Of a stretch of DNA of 64,000 nt, positions 10,451 through 27,400 are shown piece after piece. The notes under the pieces were generated by a model that made no database searches, had not been told where the DNA came from, and saw nothing but the letters and a program-made list of their open reading frames with translations. Within the stretch, counting starts at the first letter, position 1. Every line of letters starts with the position of its first letter. The translations under genes were made by a program, and so were the position numbers. Source of the stretch: Macrostomum lignano (lineage: Eukaryota); contig NIVC01001037.1 in NCBI GenBank assembly GCA_002269645.1, positions 1-64,000 of the forward strand, read 5' to 3'.

Positions 10451-12892
10451 CGAGATGACTGGTGGAGGGTTACGACTATGACGATGGCATGGCCTTTGCC
10501 AGCCTTACTGAATTGACTTAATTATTTTTCATTGGGCGCCATGTAGAAAAAATACTAAACTAAAGACTATTTAATTGGAGTTAAATTGAAGGAGCAGGAG
10601 GAGCAGTAAGTGGGCGCAGGGCCCAAACCGATATATTTATAGAACATTTAACTTTGGGGGGTTGAGCCCAGAATAATAAAGAGAGGGGGTGGAGTGCGCG
10701 ACTGAGGAAAGAGGCGAGAACGGAGAGCCAATCAGAACGCAGCAAGGGAGAGAGAGATAAGAATAACAAGATTGAGCTAGACAGAGAGAGAAAACGGAGT
10801 AAACAGAGACAAGTGAAGGTGAACTAAAGAAATGACTAGGAAAGTCGCGACACTCAATAAGCCAAGGATTATTGCTATTAATAAACCAAGTATTAATGCA
10901 CTTGATTAATCAAGGATTATTGCTATTAATAAACCAACGATTACTGCACTCGATAAACCAAGGACTATTGCTCTTGGCAAACCAAGGATTACTGCACTCA
11001 AGAAGTCAAGGATTATTGCTATTAATAAAACAAGGATTAATGCACTTGATTAATCAAGGATTATTGCTATTAATAAACCAAGGATTACTGCACTCGATAA
11101 ACCAAGGACTGTTGCTCCTGGCAAACCAAGGATTACTGCACTCAATAAGCCAAGGATTATTGCTATTAATAAACCAAGGATTAATGCACTTAATTAATCA
11201 AGGATTATTGCTATTAATAAACCAAGGATTACTGCACTCGAAAAGCCAAGGATTATTGCTATTAATAAACCAAGGATTACTGCACTTGGCAAACCAAGGA
11301 TTACTGCACTTAATAAACCAAGGACTATTGCTCTTGGCAAACCAACGATTACTGCACTCGATAATTGCCAAGGATTATTGCTATTAATAAACCAAGGATT
11401 ACTGCACTCGATAAGCCAAGGATTATTGCTATTAATAAACCAAGGATTACTGTACTTAGCAAACCAAGGATTACTGCACTCGATAAGCCAAGGATTATTG
11501 CTATTAATAAACCAAGGATCACTGCACTCAAGAAGACAAGGATTATTGCTATTAATAAAACAAGGATTAATGCACTTGATTAATCAAGGATTATTGCTAT
11601 TAATAAACCAAGGATTACTGCACTCGATAAACCAAGGACTATTGCTCCTGGCAAACCAAGGATTAATGCACTCAATAAGCCAAGGATTATTGCTATTAAT
11701 AAACCAACGATTACTGCACTTGATAAGCCAAGGATTATTGCTATTAATAAAACCAAGGATTACTGCACTCGATAAGCCAAGGATTATTGCTATTAATAAA
11801 CCGAGGATTACTGCACTTGGCAAACCAAGGATTACTGCACTCGATAAGCCAAGGATTATTGCTATTAATAAACCAAGGATTACTGCACTCGATAAGCCAA
11901 GGATTATTGCTATTAATAAACCAAAGATTATTGCACTTGGCAAACCAAGGATTACTGCACTCGATAAGCCAAGGATTATTGCTATTAATAAACCAAGGAT
12001 TACTGCACTTGGCAAACCAAGGATTACTGCACTCGATAAGCCAAGGACTATTGCTATTAATAAACCAAGGATTACTGCACTTGATTTATCAAGGATTATT
12101 GCTATTAATAAACCAAGGATTACTGCACTTGATTTATCAAGGATTATTGCTATTAATAAACCAAGGATTACTGCACTCAATAAGCCAAGGATTATTGCTA
12201 TTAATAAACCAAGGATTAATGCACTTGATTAATCAAGGATTATTGCTATTAATAAACCAAGGATTACTGCACTCGATAAACCAAGGACTATTGCTCCTGG
12301 CAAACCAAGGATTACTGCACTCAATAAGCCAAGGATTATTGCTATTAATAAACCAAGGATTACTGCACTCAAGAAGCCAAGGATTATTGCTATTAATAAA
12401 CCAAGGATTAATGCACTTTATTAATCAATGATTATTGCTATTAATAAACCAAGGATTACTGCACTCGATAAGCCAAGGATTATTGCTATTAATAAACCAA
12501 GGATTAATGCACTTGATTAATCAAGGATTATTGCTATTAATAAACCAAGGATTACTGCACTCGATAAGCCAAGGATTATTGCTATTAATAAACCAAGGAT
12601 TACTGCACTCAATAAGCCAAGGATTATTGCTATTAATAAACCAAGGATTACTGCACTTGGCAAACCAAGGATTACTGCACTCGATAAGCCAAGGACTATT
12701 GCTATTAATAAACCAAGGATTACTGCACTTGATTTATCAAGGATTATTGCTATTAATAAACCAAGGATTACTGCACTTGATTTATCAAGGATTATTGCTA
12801 TTACTTACTTACTTACTACTGACGGGGGGCGCAGGCGCCGCGAATAGGCCGCGAGGCCCCTATCGCAACCCCAAGGTAAAAGAGCACAAGGA

Positions 12893-17700
<4,808 letters not shown>

Positions 17701-19539
17701 TTATCAAGGATTATTGCTATTAATAAACCAAGGATTACTGCACTCGATAAACCAAGGACTATTGCTCCTGGCAAACCAAGGATTACTGCACTCAATAAGC
17801 CAAGGATTATTGCTATTAATAAACCAAGGATTACTGCACTCAAGAAGCCAAGGACTATTGCTATTAATAAACCAAGGATTACTGCACTTGATTTATCAAG
17901 GATTATTGCTATTAATAAACCAAGGATTACTGCACTTGATTTATCAAGGATTATTGCTATTAATAAACCAAGGATTACTGCACTCAATAAGCCAAGGATT
18001 ATTGCTATTAATAAACCAAGGATTACTGCACTTGATTTATCAAGGATTATTGCTATTAATAAACCAAGGATTACTGCACTCGATAAACCAAGGACTATTG
18101 CTCCTGGCAAACCAAGGATTACTGCACTCAATAAGCCAAGGATTATTGCTATTAATAAACCAAGGATTACTGCACTCAAGAAGCCAAGGATTATTGCTAT
18201 TAATAAACCAAGGATTAATGCACTTTATTAATCAAGGATTATTGCTGTTAATAAACCAAGGATTACTGCACTCGATAAGCCAAGGATTATTGCTATTAAT
18301 AAACCAAGGATTAATGCACTTTATTAATCAAGGATTATTGCTATTAATAAACCAAGGATTACTGCACTCGATAAGCCAAGGATTATTGCTATTAATAAAC
18401 CAAGGATTACTGCAATTGGCAAACCAAGGATTACTGCACTCGATAAGCCAAGGATTATTGCTATTAATAAACCAAGGATTACTGCACTCAATAAACCAAG
18501 GACTATTGCTCTTGGCAAACCAACGATTACTGCACTCGATAAGCCAAGGATTATTGCTATTAATAAACCAAGGATTACTGCACTCGATAAGCCAAGGATT
18601 ATTGCTATTAATAAACCAAGGATTACTGCACTTGGCAAACCAAGGATTACTGCACTCGATAAGCCAAGGATTATTGCTAATAATAAACCAAGGATTACTG
18701 CACTCGATAAGCCAAGGATTATTGCTATTAATAAACCAAGGATTACTGCACTTGGCAAACCAAGGATTACTGCACTCGATAAGCCAAGGATTATTGCTAT
18801 TAATAAACCAAGGATTACTGCACTCGATAAGCCAAGGATTATTGCTATTAATAAACCAAGGATTACTGCACTTGGCAAACCAAGGATTACTGTACCCGAT
18901 AAGCCAAGGACTATTGCTATTAATAAACCAAGGATTACTGCACTTGATTTATCAAGGATTATTGCTATTAATAAACCAAGGATTACTGCACTTGATTTAT
19001 CAAGGATTATTGCTATTAATAAACCAAGGATTACTGCCCTCGATAAGCCAAGGACTATTTCTATTAATAAACCAAGGATTACTGCACTTGGCAAACCAAG
19101 GATTAATGCACTCGATAAGCCAAGGACTATTGCTATTAATAAACCAAGGATTACTGCACTCGATAAGCCATGGATTATTGCTATTAATAAACCAAGGATT
19201 ACTTGCTGCACTTGGCAAACCAAGAATTACTGCACTCGATAAGCCATGGATTATTGCTATTAATAAACCAAGGATTACTGCACTCGATAAGCCATGGATT
19301 ATTGCTATTAATAAACCAAGGATTACTTACTGCACTTGGCAAACCAAGAATTACTGCACTCGATAAGCCATGGATTATTGCTATTAATAAACCAAGGATT
19401 ACTGCACTCGATAAGCCATGGATTATTGCTATTAATAAACCAAGGATTACTTACTGCACTTGGCAAACCAAGAATTACTGCACTCGATAGCCAAGGATTA
19501 CTGCGCTTGATAAGCTTGGCTACATGTATAGGATTATTT

Positions 19540-19800
19540 CTATCCAGGGATACTTGCTATTTAGGGATTCTTGCTATGTGCAGGATGCTTGCTATCTGGA
19601 AGGATGCTTCTACATTATTTGGGGGATGCTTGCTATCTGGAAGGATGCTTCTACATTATTTGGGGTATGCTTGCTATCTGCAAGATGCTTGCTATCTGCA
19701 GATGCTTGCTATCTGCAGATGCTTGCTATCTGGGTAGATGCTTGCTAGGAGTATTAGGGGATGCTTGCTACTGGGGGGATGCTTGCTGTCTTGGGAATAT
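19540..19800. repeat. Degenerate ~18-20 bp repeat (GGATGCTTGCTATCT)
   Basis: Repeated ATGCTTGCTA core directly after the 48-bp array. Confidence 0.7.
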
Positions 19801-19830
19801 TTTCTATTTAGGGGTAATGACTAAAATTTA

Positions 19831-19890
19831 TGAGAGCTAGCCTAGAGGTAAACAGACTAAACTGCTAAATGCAGGGACGATGGTTCGAAT
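19831..19890 (+). other. Degenerate tRNA-derived (SINE head-like) sequence, copy 2
   Basis: Shares TGAGAGCTAGCCTAGAG..AACAGAC..ACTGCTAA..GGTTCGAAT with 8661-8720. Confidence 0.5.
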
Positions 19891-19949
19891 TTTTAGAGAG
19901 TAGAGTTTTTTTTAATTAAAGCTTTTTCACGCCAAGACAAAAAAAATTA

Positions 19950-20900
19950 TGGAAGCGTAATGTAAAAAATCATAGAATCGTTATGTAAAAAATCATAGAA
20001 GCGTCATGCAAGCAATCATAGAAGCGTAATGTAAACAATCATAGAAGCGTCATGTTAAAATCATAAAAGCGTCATGTAAACAATCATACAAGTGTCATGT
20101 AAACAATCATAGAAGCGTCATGTAAAAAAATCATAGAAGCGTCATGTTAAAATCATAAAAGCGTCATAAAAAATCATAGAAGCGTCATGCAAGCAATCAT
20201 AGAAGCGTAATGTAAACAATCATAGAAGCGTCATGTTAAAATCATACAAGCGTCATGTAAACAATCATAAAAGCGTCATGTAAACAATCATACAAGCGTC
20301 ATGTAAAAAATCATAGAAGCGTCATGTAAAAATCATAGAAGCGTCATGTAAAAATCATAGAAGCGTCATGTAAACAATCATACAAGCGTCATGTAAACAA
20401 TCATAAAAGCATCATAAAAATCATAGAAGCGTCATGTAAACAATCATAGAAGCGTCATGTAAACAATCATAGAAGCGTCATGTAAACAATCATAAAAGCG
20501 TCATAAAAAATCATAGAAGCGTCATGTAAACAATCATAGAAGCGTCATATAAACAATCATACAAGCGTCATAAAAAATCATAGAAGCGTCATGTAAACAA
20601 TCATACAAGCGTCATAAAAAATCATAGAAGCGTCATGTAAAAATCATAGAAGCGTCATGAAAAAATCATAGAAGTGTCATGTAAAAATCATAGAAGTGTC
20701 ATGTAAAAATCATAGAAGCGTCATGTAAAAAATCATAGAAGCGTCATGTAAACAATCATACAAGCGTCATGTAAACAATCATAGAAGTGTCATGTAAACA
20801 ATCATAAAAGCGTCATGTAAACAAGCATAGAAGAGTCATGTTAACATAGAAGCGTCATGAAAAAATCATAGAAGCCTCATATAAAAACTAATGAAAGTGT
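19950..20900. repeat. 22-23 bp minisatellite (AATCATAGAAGCGTCATGTAAAC)
   Basis: About 40 tandem copies, decaying rightwards. Confidence 0.93.
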
Positions 20901-21822
20901 CATTTAAAAAATTAAGAAGCATCATGGAAGAATAAAAGAATCGTCATGTAAAAATCAAAAGAAGTGTCATGTCAGACATGAAAGAAGTGTCATATAAAAA
21001 TTAAATGAAGCTATAGTGCTGTGTTGGGGAGAATTACTGAGACGTCAAGGCTCACAGAGAATAACTGAGATTACAGGGGGTTTCTGAGATGTTAAAGCAA
21101 AAGTCAGAAGCTACTTCAAGTTCATGTACTTTACTTAAGTTTTTTTATTGCATTCTTTGTTGGCTCGCCACGGGGGGGGGGCGCTGATAGAAGAAGAGTC
21201 ATGTAAAAAAGAAAAGAAGCACTATGTATACATAAAAAAGTCATGTCAAAGTTAAAAGATTCATTTGGGAATTGCTACGATGTCAAAGCTTGGAGGGAAT
21301 CGTTATAGTGCTGTGATTCTTAAAGAAGGAATCATTTAAATGCCAAGGCTTAGGGAAGAAGAATTGCTGTGATTTCAAGGCTTTAGGTTGGGTGAAAGTT
21401 AGGTTTACGTCAGGTTTGGGTTGAGGGTTAGATTTTAGCGGGTTTCAAGGTTAACAGGGGATTTTTCAGATATCAAGGTTTATGGGGGCATCGCTGACAT
21501 GTCAAGGCTTACGAGGGGAATCTATCTATCTATCTATCTATAGCTGAGATGTCAAGGCTCACGGGGGAATAAATGAGATGTCAAGGCTAATGTCAGAAGC
21601 TACATGTAGTTTATTGGAAAAAAGTTATTACATTATTTGTTGGCTCCTCACGGGAGGGATCGCTGATAGAAAAGGCGTAATGTAAAAAATAAAAGAAGCT
21701 TCATGTCGAAGTTAAGAGATTCATTTGGGAATCCCTACAATGTCGAGGCTTGCAGGGAATCGCTATAATGCTGTAGTAGTGCTATAATGACTCTTAGAGA
21801 GAATTACTGAAATTTCAATGCT

Positions 21823-21856
21823 TTAGGGTTAGGGTTAGGGTTAGGGTTAGGGTTAG
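21823..21856 (+). repeat. Interstitial telomeric repeat (TTAGGG)5
   Basis: Five perfect hexamers plus TTAG. Confidence 0.85.
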
Positions 21857-23325
21857 AAAGTAGACAGATTTTTTAGGATTTCAAGGCTTATGGGAGCATC
21901 GCTGAGACGTCAAGGGGGGAGTTGATATGTTAAGGCTTGTGGGGGGGATTGCTGACATGTCAAGGCTTACAAGGGTACTGGTAGCGTACTGAAGCATACT
22001 GGTAGAAGTAGCTCTGAAAGAAGGCAAGTATTGTTGAATTTCAATGTCTGTTATAAAATTCTGCACAAGCATGTTTTATTGGTACATAAGCCTGGAATTA
22101 AAATGAGAATTCGATTCCTAGCCCCCCTCCCTAAGAATTTTTTTTCATTTTAAAGGATTCATCCCTTGCTTATTGGCCACCCCAAAGGGGGGCGCTAGAT
22201 TGCTAGTATAATACTGATAATTTAAATTACCCTTTGAGTGGAAAAGTGCAACTATTGAATTTTTACTTCTTTGCTTCAATGCAATACGTTAACAACAACG
22301 TTATGAGTTAGTTACGAGACTACGAGTATCTGGTACTGGTGTCTGATTGTCCATCAAAGGAATACTAACTATGTCTATACTTCACGTATGAGTCGTATGA
22401 CATTGACAAGTGTACGACAAACAGACATGTAACATGTTTACATGTACAACAGTGTACGACATAGCGCCTCCCAAAAATTAGCGATGTACGACATGTACGA
22501 CAGGCGATCCCTGTGTACGACGGAGATTTTTGGCATATACCCGTCCTTCCGCACTATGGTTGTACACAATGTTTAACAGTCTACATATCTTTGTAATCAT
22601 ATGTCTTAAACATGTAAACTATATGTCATTTGAAAGATCTATTTGTCTATTTTTCAATACATAGCCATATCTTACATATCAAAAAGTTAGAGCCATTTAA
22701 AGAAGACCACTTTTCACATTTTTTTGTTTTTGCAAATGCTAAAATTAGGCTTACTGGATACCCTACCTTAGCAATTACCTTTGTAGGAATTGACATCTTG
22801 GCAAATTCCCCCATAAGCCTTGACAGTCAAAGTTATCCCCCATGGCCATCCTATGAACCTTGATATATCAATAATCTCTCTGGCCTCCATGAGCCTTGAC
22901 ATCTTAGCAATGCCCCTATAAGCCTTGAAATCTTAACAAATCCCCCACTAGCCTAGAAATCTTTGCAATCTAATAATTTTCTAATTTTTGCTTTAATGTG
23001 TAGTTATATTTCCTTTTTCCTTTTACATATATACACAGGGGCATAATCATTAGGAAAGACAAGGGGAGACATCATCCCTAATAAAAACTAGAGGCCCAAG
23101 GAGTCAAAGACATGCTAATGCTGTGATTTTATCACCTAGGCCCAAGTAGCCCTACCTTATGAACCATTAATTATGGTAATCAATAATTTTGCTTTACAAC
23201 AACAAAACATAGCATGCGCAGCATACATTCACAATCCCTTAGATTTACACTGGCCATACAACTTACTTTTAGACCAAAAATGTGAGTTACCTGTGAAATA
23301 AACTAGCAAAAATTAATGCAATTTT

Positions 23326-23388
23326 GGGTAAATGGCAGGAGTAACTATGACTGTCTTATTGAAGATGAATGCCTTGTCATTTAATTAG
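23326..23388 (+). pseudogene. Isolated, decayed 28S rRNA fragment (R2 / I-PpoI target region)
   Basis: 52/63 identity to the conserved LSU sequence GGGTAAACGGCGGGAGTAACTATGACTCTCTTAAGGTAGCCAAATGCCTCGTCATCTAATTAG, as recalled. Flanks are not rDNA-like. Confidence 0.8.
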
Positions 23389-24462
23389 AACTATGTTTAT
23401 TTTTGGGTGAACATTTTTGCAACTTACACTAGGTCCACCACAATTTACATTATTGGTAGGCCCCCTAGCCATGGTAGGTTTGATAAAAAAATAATTAGGT
23501 CTATATTAATTGATAAAAAATAGTTATATTAATAATTTAAAATTAGGCAGTTGTTATTGCTATTTCGTTAGGCCTACTATGTCTATATAGGCCTAAATAG
23601 CAAAACTATTACTTTTATTGTCATAGGCCTAATAAGCCTTAATAATATTAGGCTTAGGCCTAGTAGGCTTTTCATGACGATAAAATATAAAAACATGGCC
23701 TTTGCTTCTAAGGTTGATCACTATTCTCTTTAAAAATGTTATTTCAAAATTTGTCCTGTTGTTTAGAAAAAAATTTTCTTCGACCGAATTCCAGAATCGG
23801 ATCACGTTTTTAGAACCGATTCTGAAAACGGAACAGACGATATGAAAAGCGTCGAACGAACCGATTCTTGTTTTGGAATTTTGGAGGGTATCGGCTGACG
23901 GTAATATGAAAAGAGCATACTTGAGAGATTTTCTACGAAAGAGAAAGTCCTACCCGACTTTGTTTAGTATAACTAAAACAAAAATCTTTTTCGTAACTAA
24001 ATGTACACTTGACTTAATGGTAATTTTACACTTGTGTTTAGGGTTAAAAAATAAGTTAAGGGTTAAAATAAATAACAGTTATTTCCAAAAGGAAAATTGT
24101 TGGTTGTGTTTTTATTTGTAGTCTGGTTTGTAAAACTGTTCTTACATTAGCTAAAAATTGTTTAAAAACAATTATTTTAAATAATACAAAGTTCTGGCTA
24201 CGTAAAAAATAAAAGAAATTTGTTTTACTGCTTACGTGCTGATACGAAACAAATATTGTTTCAAAGAAACAATTATTTTAGAAAATTACACCTTATCGAG
24301 AGACGAGAAATCGTTTGTCATTGCTGACCAAAAAGTTTATGCGGAGTATAATAAGTTAACAACCGATATTGATACTAAAAAGCTTATAGTATTTGTAGAA
24401 CTACCTAAGTTTTTAACTTTGAGCAAAGAAGTTAAGCTCTTTTTTGCAGGCACAGACATACA

Positions 24463-27400
24463 ATGCGTTGGTTTGTTTTCTTTGGATTTTTGCTTGCCTG
24501 GGTATCACTTTGTGTTTCTGTAGACAGAAGCAACTTTAAAACATGTGAACAATCTGGGTAAGTTAAGTTGTGTTGTAAATAAACAAGTAAATATTTTGTT
24601 TAGAAGAGACCAGTAAATAATCTTGCCTTAATGGCAGTGCTTATTCTTACAGTATCCGGGTAAGAATAGTTTTACTTTTGTTTTAAAATTTTCTGGCATA
24701 AAAACAACCTTTTGGACTATGAAAAGTAGGAAAACTTGAGTGCGCATATACCAAATAACCATGTTGAATGTATGTAAAAGTCAAATCCTGTCTGTGATTC
24801 TGTGGCAAACAGCTTCTTGTGCAAGCATATACACCTTTGAGAGTAGGCTCCATTTCAATATGCAAATGTGTACAAATTTGACAAGTGTGCACAAACGTGT
24901 AACAAATTTTGTGCAAGAATTCCATCACGGGTATAAATGTAGTTTCCCACATTAAATTATTTTCTAGATTTTTCTAGCATCTTTTTTGCTGGATGTATGG
25001 TACCCATGAGTGATAGGCTCTTTCAGGCTCACAAATTGGATATAGCATTGTTATCAATGCTAAAGACATTTTGGTGAACTTATGATGTGATACTTAATAA
25101 TCAGGGGCATAGGGAAAGAGGGTTGGGGGGGTATATCTCCCCAAAGAGCCTGACCAAAACTTTTTTGTTGCCCTTTATTGCTATACATGCTACTATGTGA
25201 CTCTGTCATAGCACTTTTATCTTGGTGTATCCCCTCCCCCGTAAGAAATTCCTGGCTATGCCCCTGTTAATAATCTACAATACTTCTCTATAATATGTTA
25301 AAAATAATGTATTACAATTTTACAAGAAATAATTTAATATGAGGAAAATTTATGCTGTGTTAAGATTGTATATTAGTATATACTAGAACAAAATTTGGAC
25401 TTCTTCAAGTTTATGTTAATAAAATACTTCCAACTTTCCAATTTTTTTGAAACTTTCACCTGACACTTAAAGGATGTTCATAAGGGAAAATGATAAAAAA
25501 GAAAAAAAATACCTTCAATGATAATGCAACCTTAATTTGTTAATTTTGTTAATCTCTTTATAGTGTCAATTAGAATTCAATAAAAATTGTTTTGATTAAT
25601 ATTGTATCTAAAATTAACATTTTTTAGAAATAAAAAGATTAAGTTAATGTATTATGTAAGTGTAAAATTAAGAAAATCCTAATAATATTAAAAATTTTCA
25701 ACTTGTAATATATAGTGAATAAAAATGATTTTATCAAATTTGATGTTGAGTTTTGTTAAAATAAAAAAAAATTGCTATGTCATAGTTCCCTTTTTAAAAT
25801 TTGCCATATCCATGATGCACTGCAATGCTCATCTCCTAGACTATATTTTGATTTATTTATATTTTGTCATTGTGTTTTATATTAATACTTCTTGCCAAAT
25901 GATTATATAAGTAATAGTGTTCCACCACTTCCATTCTCATCTGGCCCACAACCATATAAGCTAGTGTTCCACTGTAAGGAGGGTCCATGTACCGTAGCCA
26001 TAGCCGTAAACAAAACTATAACTTATTCCAATTTTCCATATTCTGTAGCTGCAGGGACCCCAATATTACCATATTCCCATAGTTCCCATAGCCATAGCTG
26101 TAGTTTTAACAAAAAGTCTAGAAAACAAAATATTTTGAATCAATAAGATAACCTAGTGCTTTAACAACTGCAAATTAAGTTAGAAAATAAAAGAAGCACT
26201 CGATTGCCTTTGTAAGATTATATTTCATCTTTTTTCAGAGCAACAATACTTAATCCTTACTGAAAGTACTAATGCTAAACTTTTTCATATTAATAAAAAT
26301 TAGAGTTTGCTAGTGTTTTATTGTACTTTTTTATGTTATTTTAAAAGTTTCTAGTTGATAATACAGTTTACTAAAAGTAGCTTTGTTTTACTCTACCTGT
26401 TTCGTAAGCACCTATTTTACCATACTTGCCATAGGATCCTGTAGCCATAGCTACGGCTACAGCAGAACACTAATATAAGCTGTAATGCTATATTGCCTAT
26501 GGTTACCCAGCAACAGTCAAAAGTTCCACTTGTACAAATCACGCACAGTTAGAGAGAAAACTTCTCAAGTTCACATTAATAATGCACAGTAAAAGGCGAA
26601 TAAAAATATCTTTGCTGGTTGGGCGGAACTCTTGACTTTTGTTGGGTATATATGGCTTTTGAGGTAAAATGAGTTTGCTGACCCCTGGCTTTGTGTAATT
26701 TGTGTTATCTTTATCTCTAGCTCCACTACAGCAGTCAGACAACCCTTGTCCTTAATACTCTTTTTTTATTTGGAGCTGGACTAGAGGCTTTTAAATTTTA
26801 TGCTCGTAAAGTGCCTTTAAGCGAAACTTAAATTGTTAAAATCTCTTTGGTGTGGTGTGACTAATTGTATATGTATATAGGGATGTCGACCCAGGGGTAG
26901 GGGAGTGTTCCCCTGGGAATTGGACTTGAGACCTGGAAAGAAAAAATGTGTAAAGTGCATTCGTAACTTAATTTTTGCCTTTTAGATAATAAACTGTTTC
27001 ACATAAAGCTGATTGAAACTATGTTTATACAAGATTTTATTTTTTTCTACCACAAGATTCTGCAAGCGTCACCGGAAATTTGCAACTGCGCAAGATGCCG
27101 CAGAAGCCGAAGGCGCCAACCAGTACCAGGTGGACCCGGCGTCCATTGCAACCGATGACAACGGCCTGTCAGCTGCTCTGGTCGATGCAGCCACTGGCAA
27201 ACGGTTGAGCCTTCGACTAGCTCGCGTGGCAACCGTTACTGGGCGAACTTTTCGTCTGAAAATCAACGAATTTGCCGACGAAGCCAAGAGGCCCAGGTTC
27301 GAACCCGCGCCAGGCGACTCGCTGGTTGCCGACGTGGCCGAGGCGCCCGTTGCCATTGACAACAAGCAGCTGGACGGCAATCTGTACGTGCTCGAAGCCA

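Larger units (their letters stand above)
9150..10852 (-). mobile_element. Non-autonomous LTR retrotransposon (TRIM/LARD-like), 1703 bp
   Basis: Near-identical LTRs 9150-9464 and 10542-10852 with TG...CA ends. TSD CTCAA at 9145-9149 and 10853-10857. Minus-strand PBS TGGCGCCCAA at 10541-10532 and PPT GGGGGGAG at 9472-9465. Interior is a GC-rich tandem repeat with no gag/pol similarity. Confidence 0.92.

Noticed and set aside
9773-10481. ORFs inside the LTR element as gag
   Set aside because: Repeat translations with no CCHC, capsid or protease motifs.
24236-24523. 95-aa ORF
   Set aside because: AT-rich, unrecognised, and overlaps the real GANAB first coding exon in another frame.
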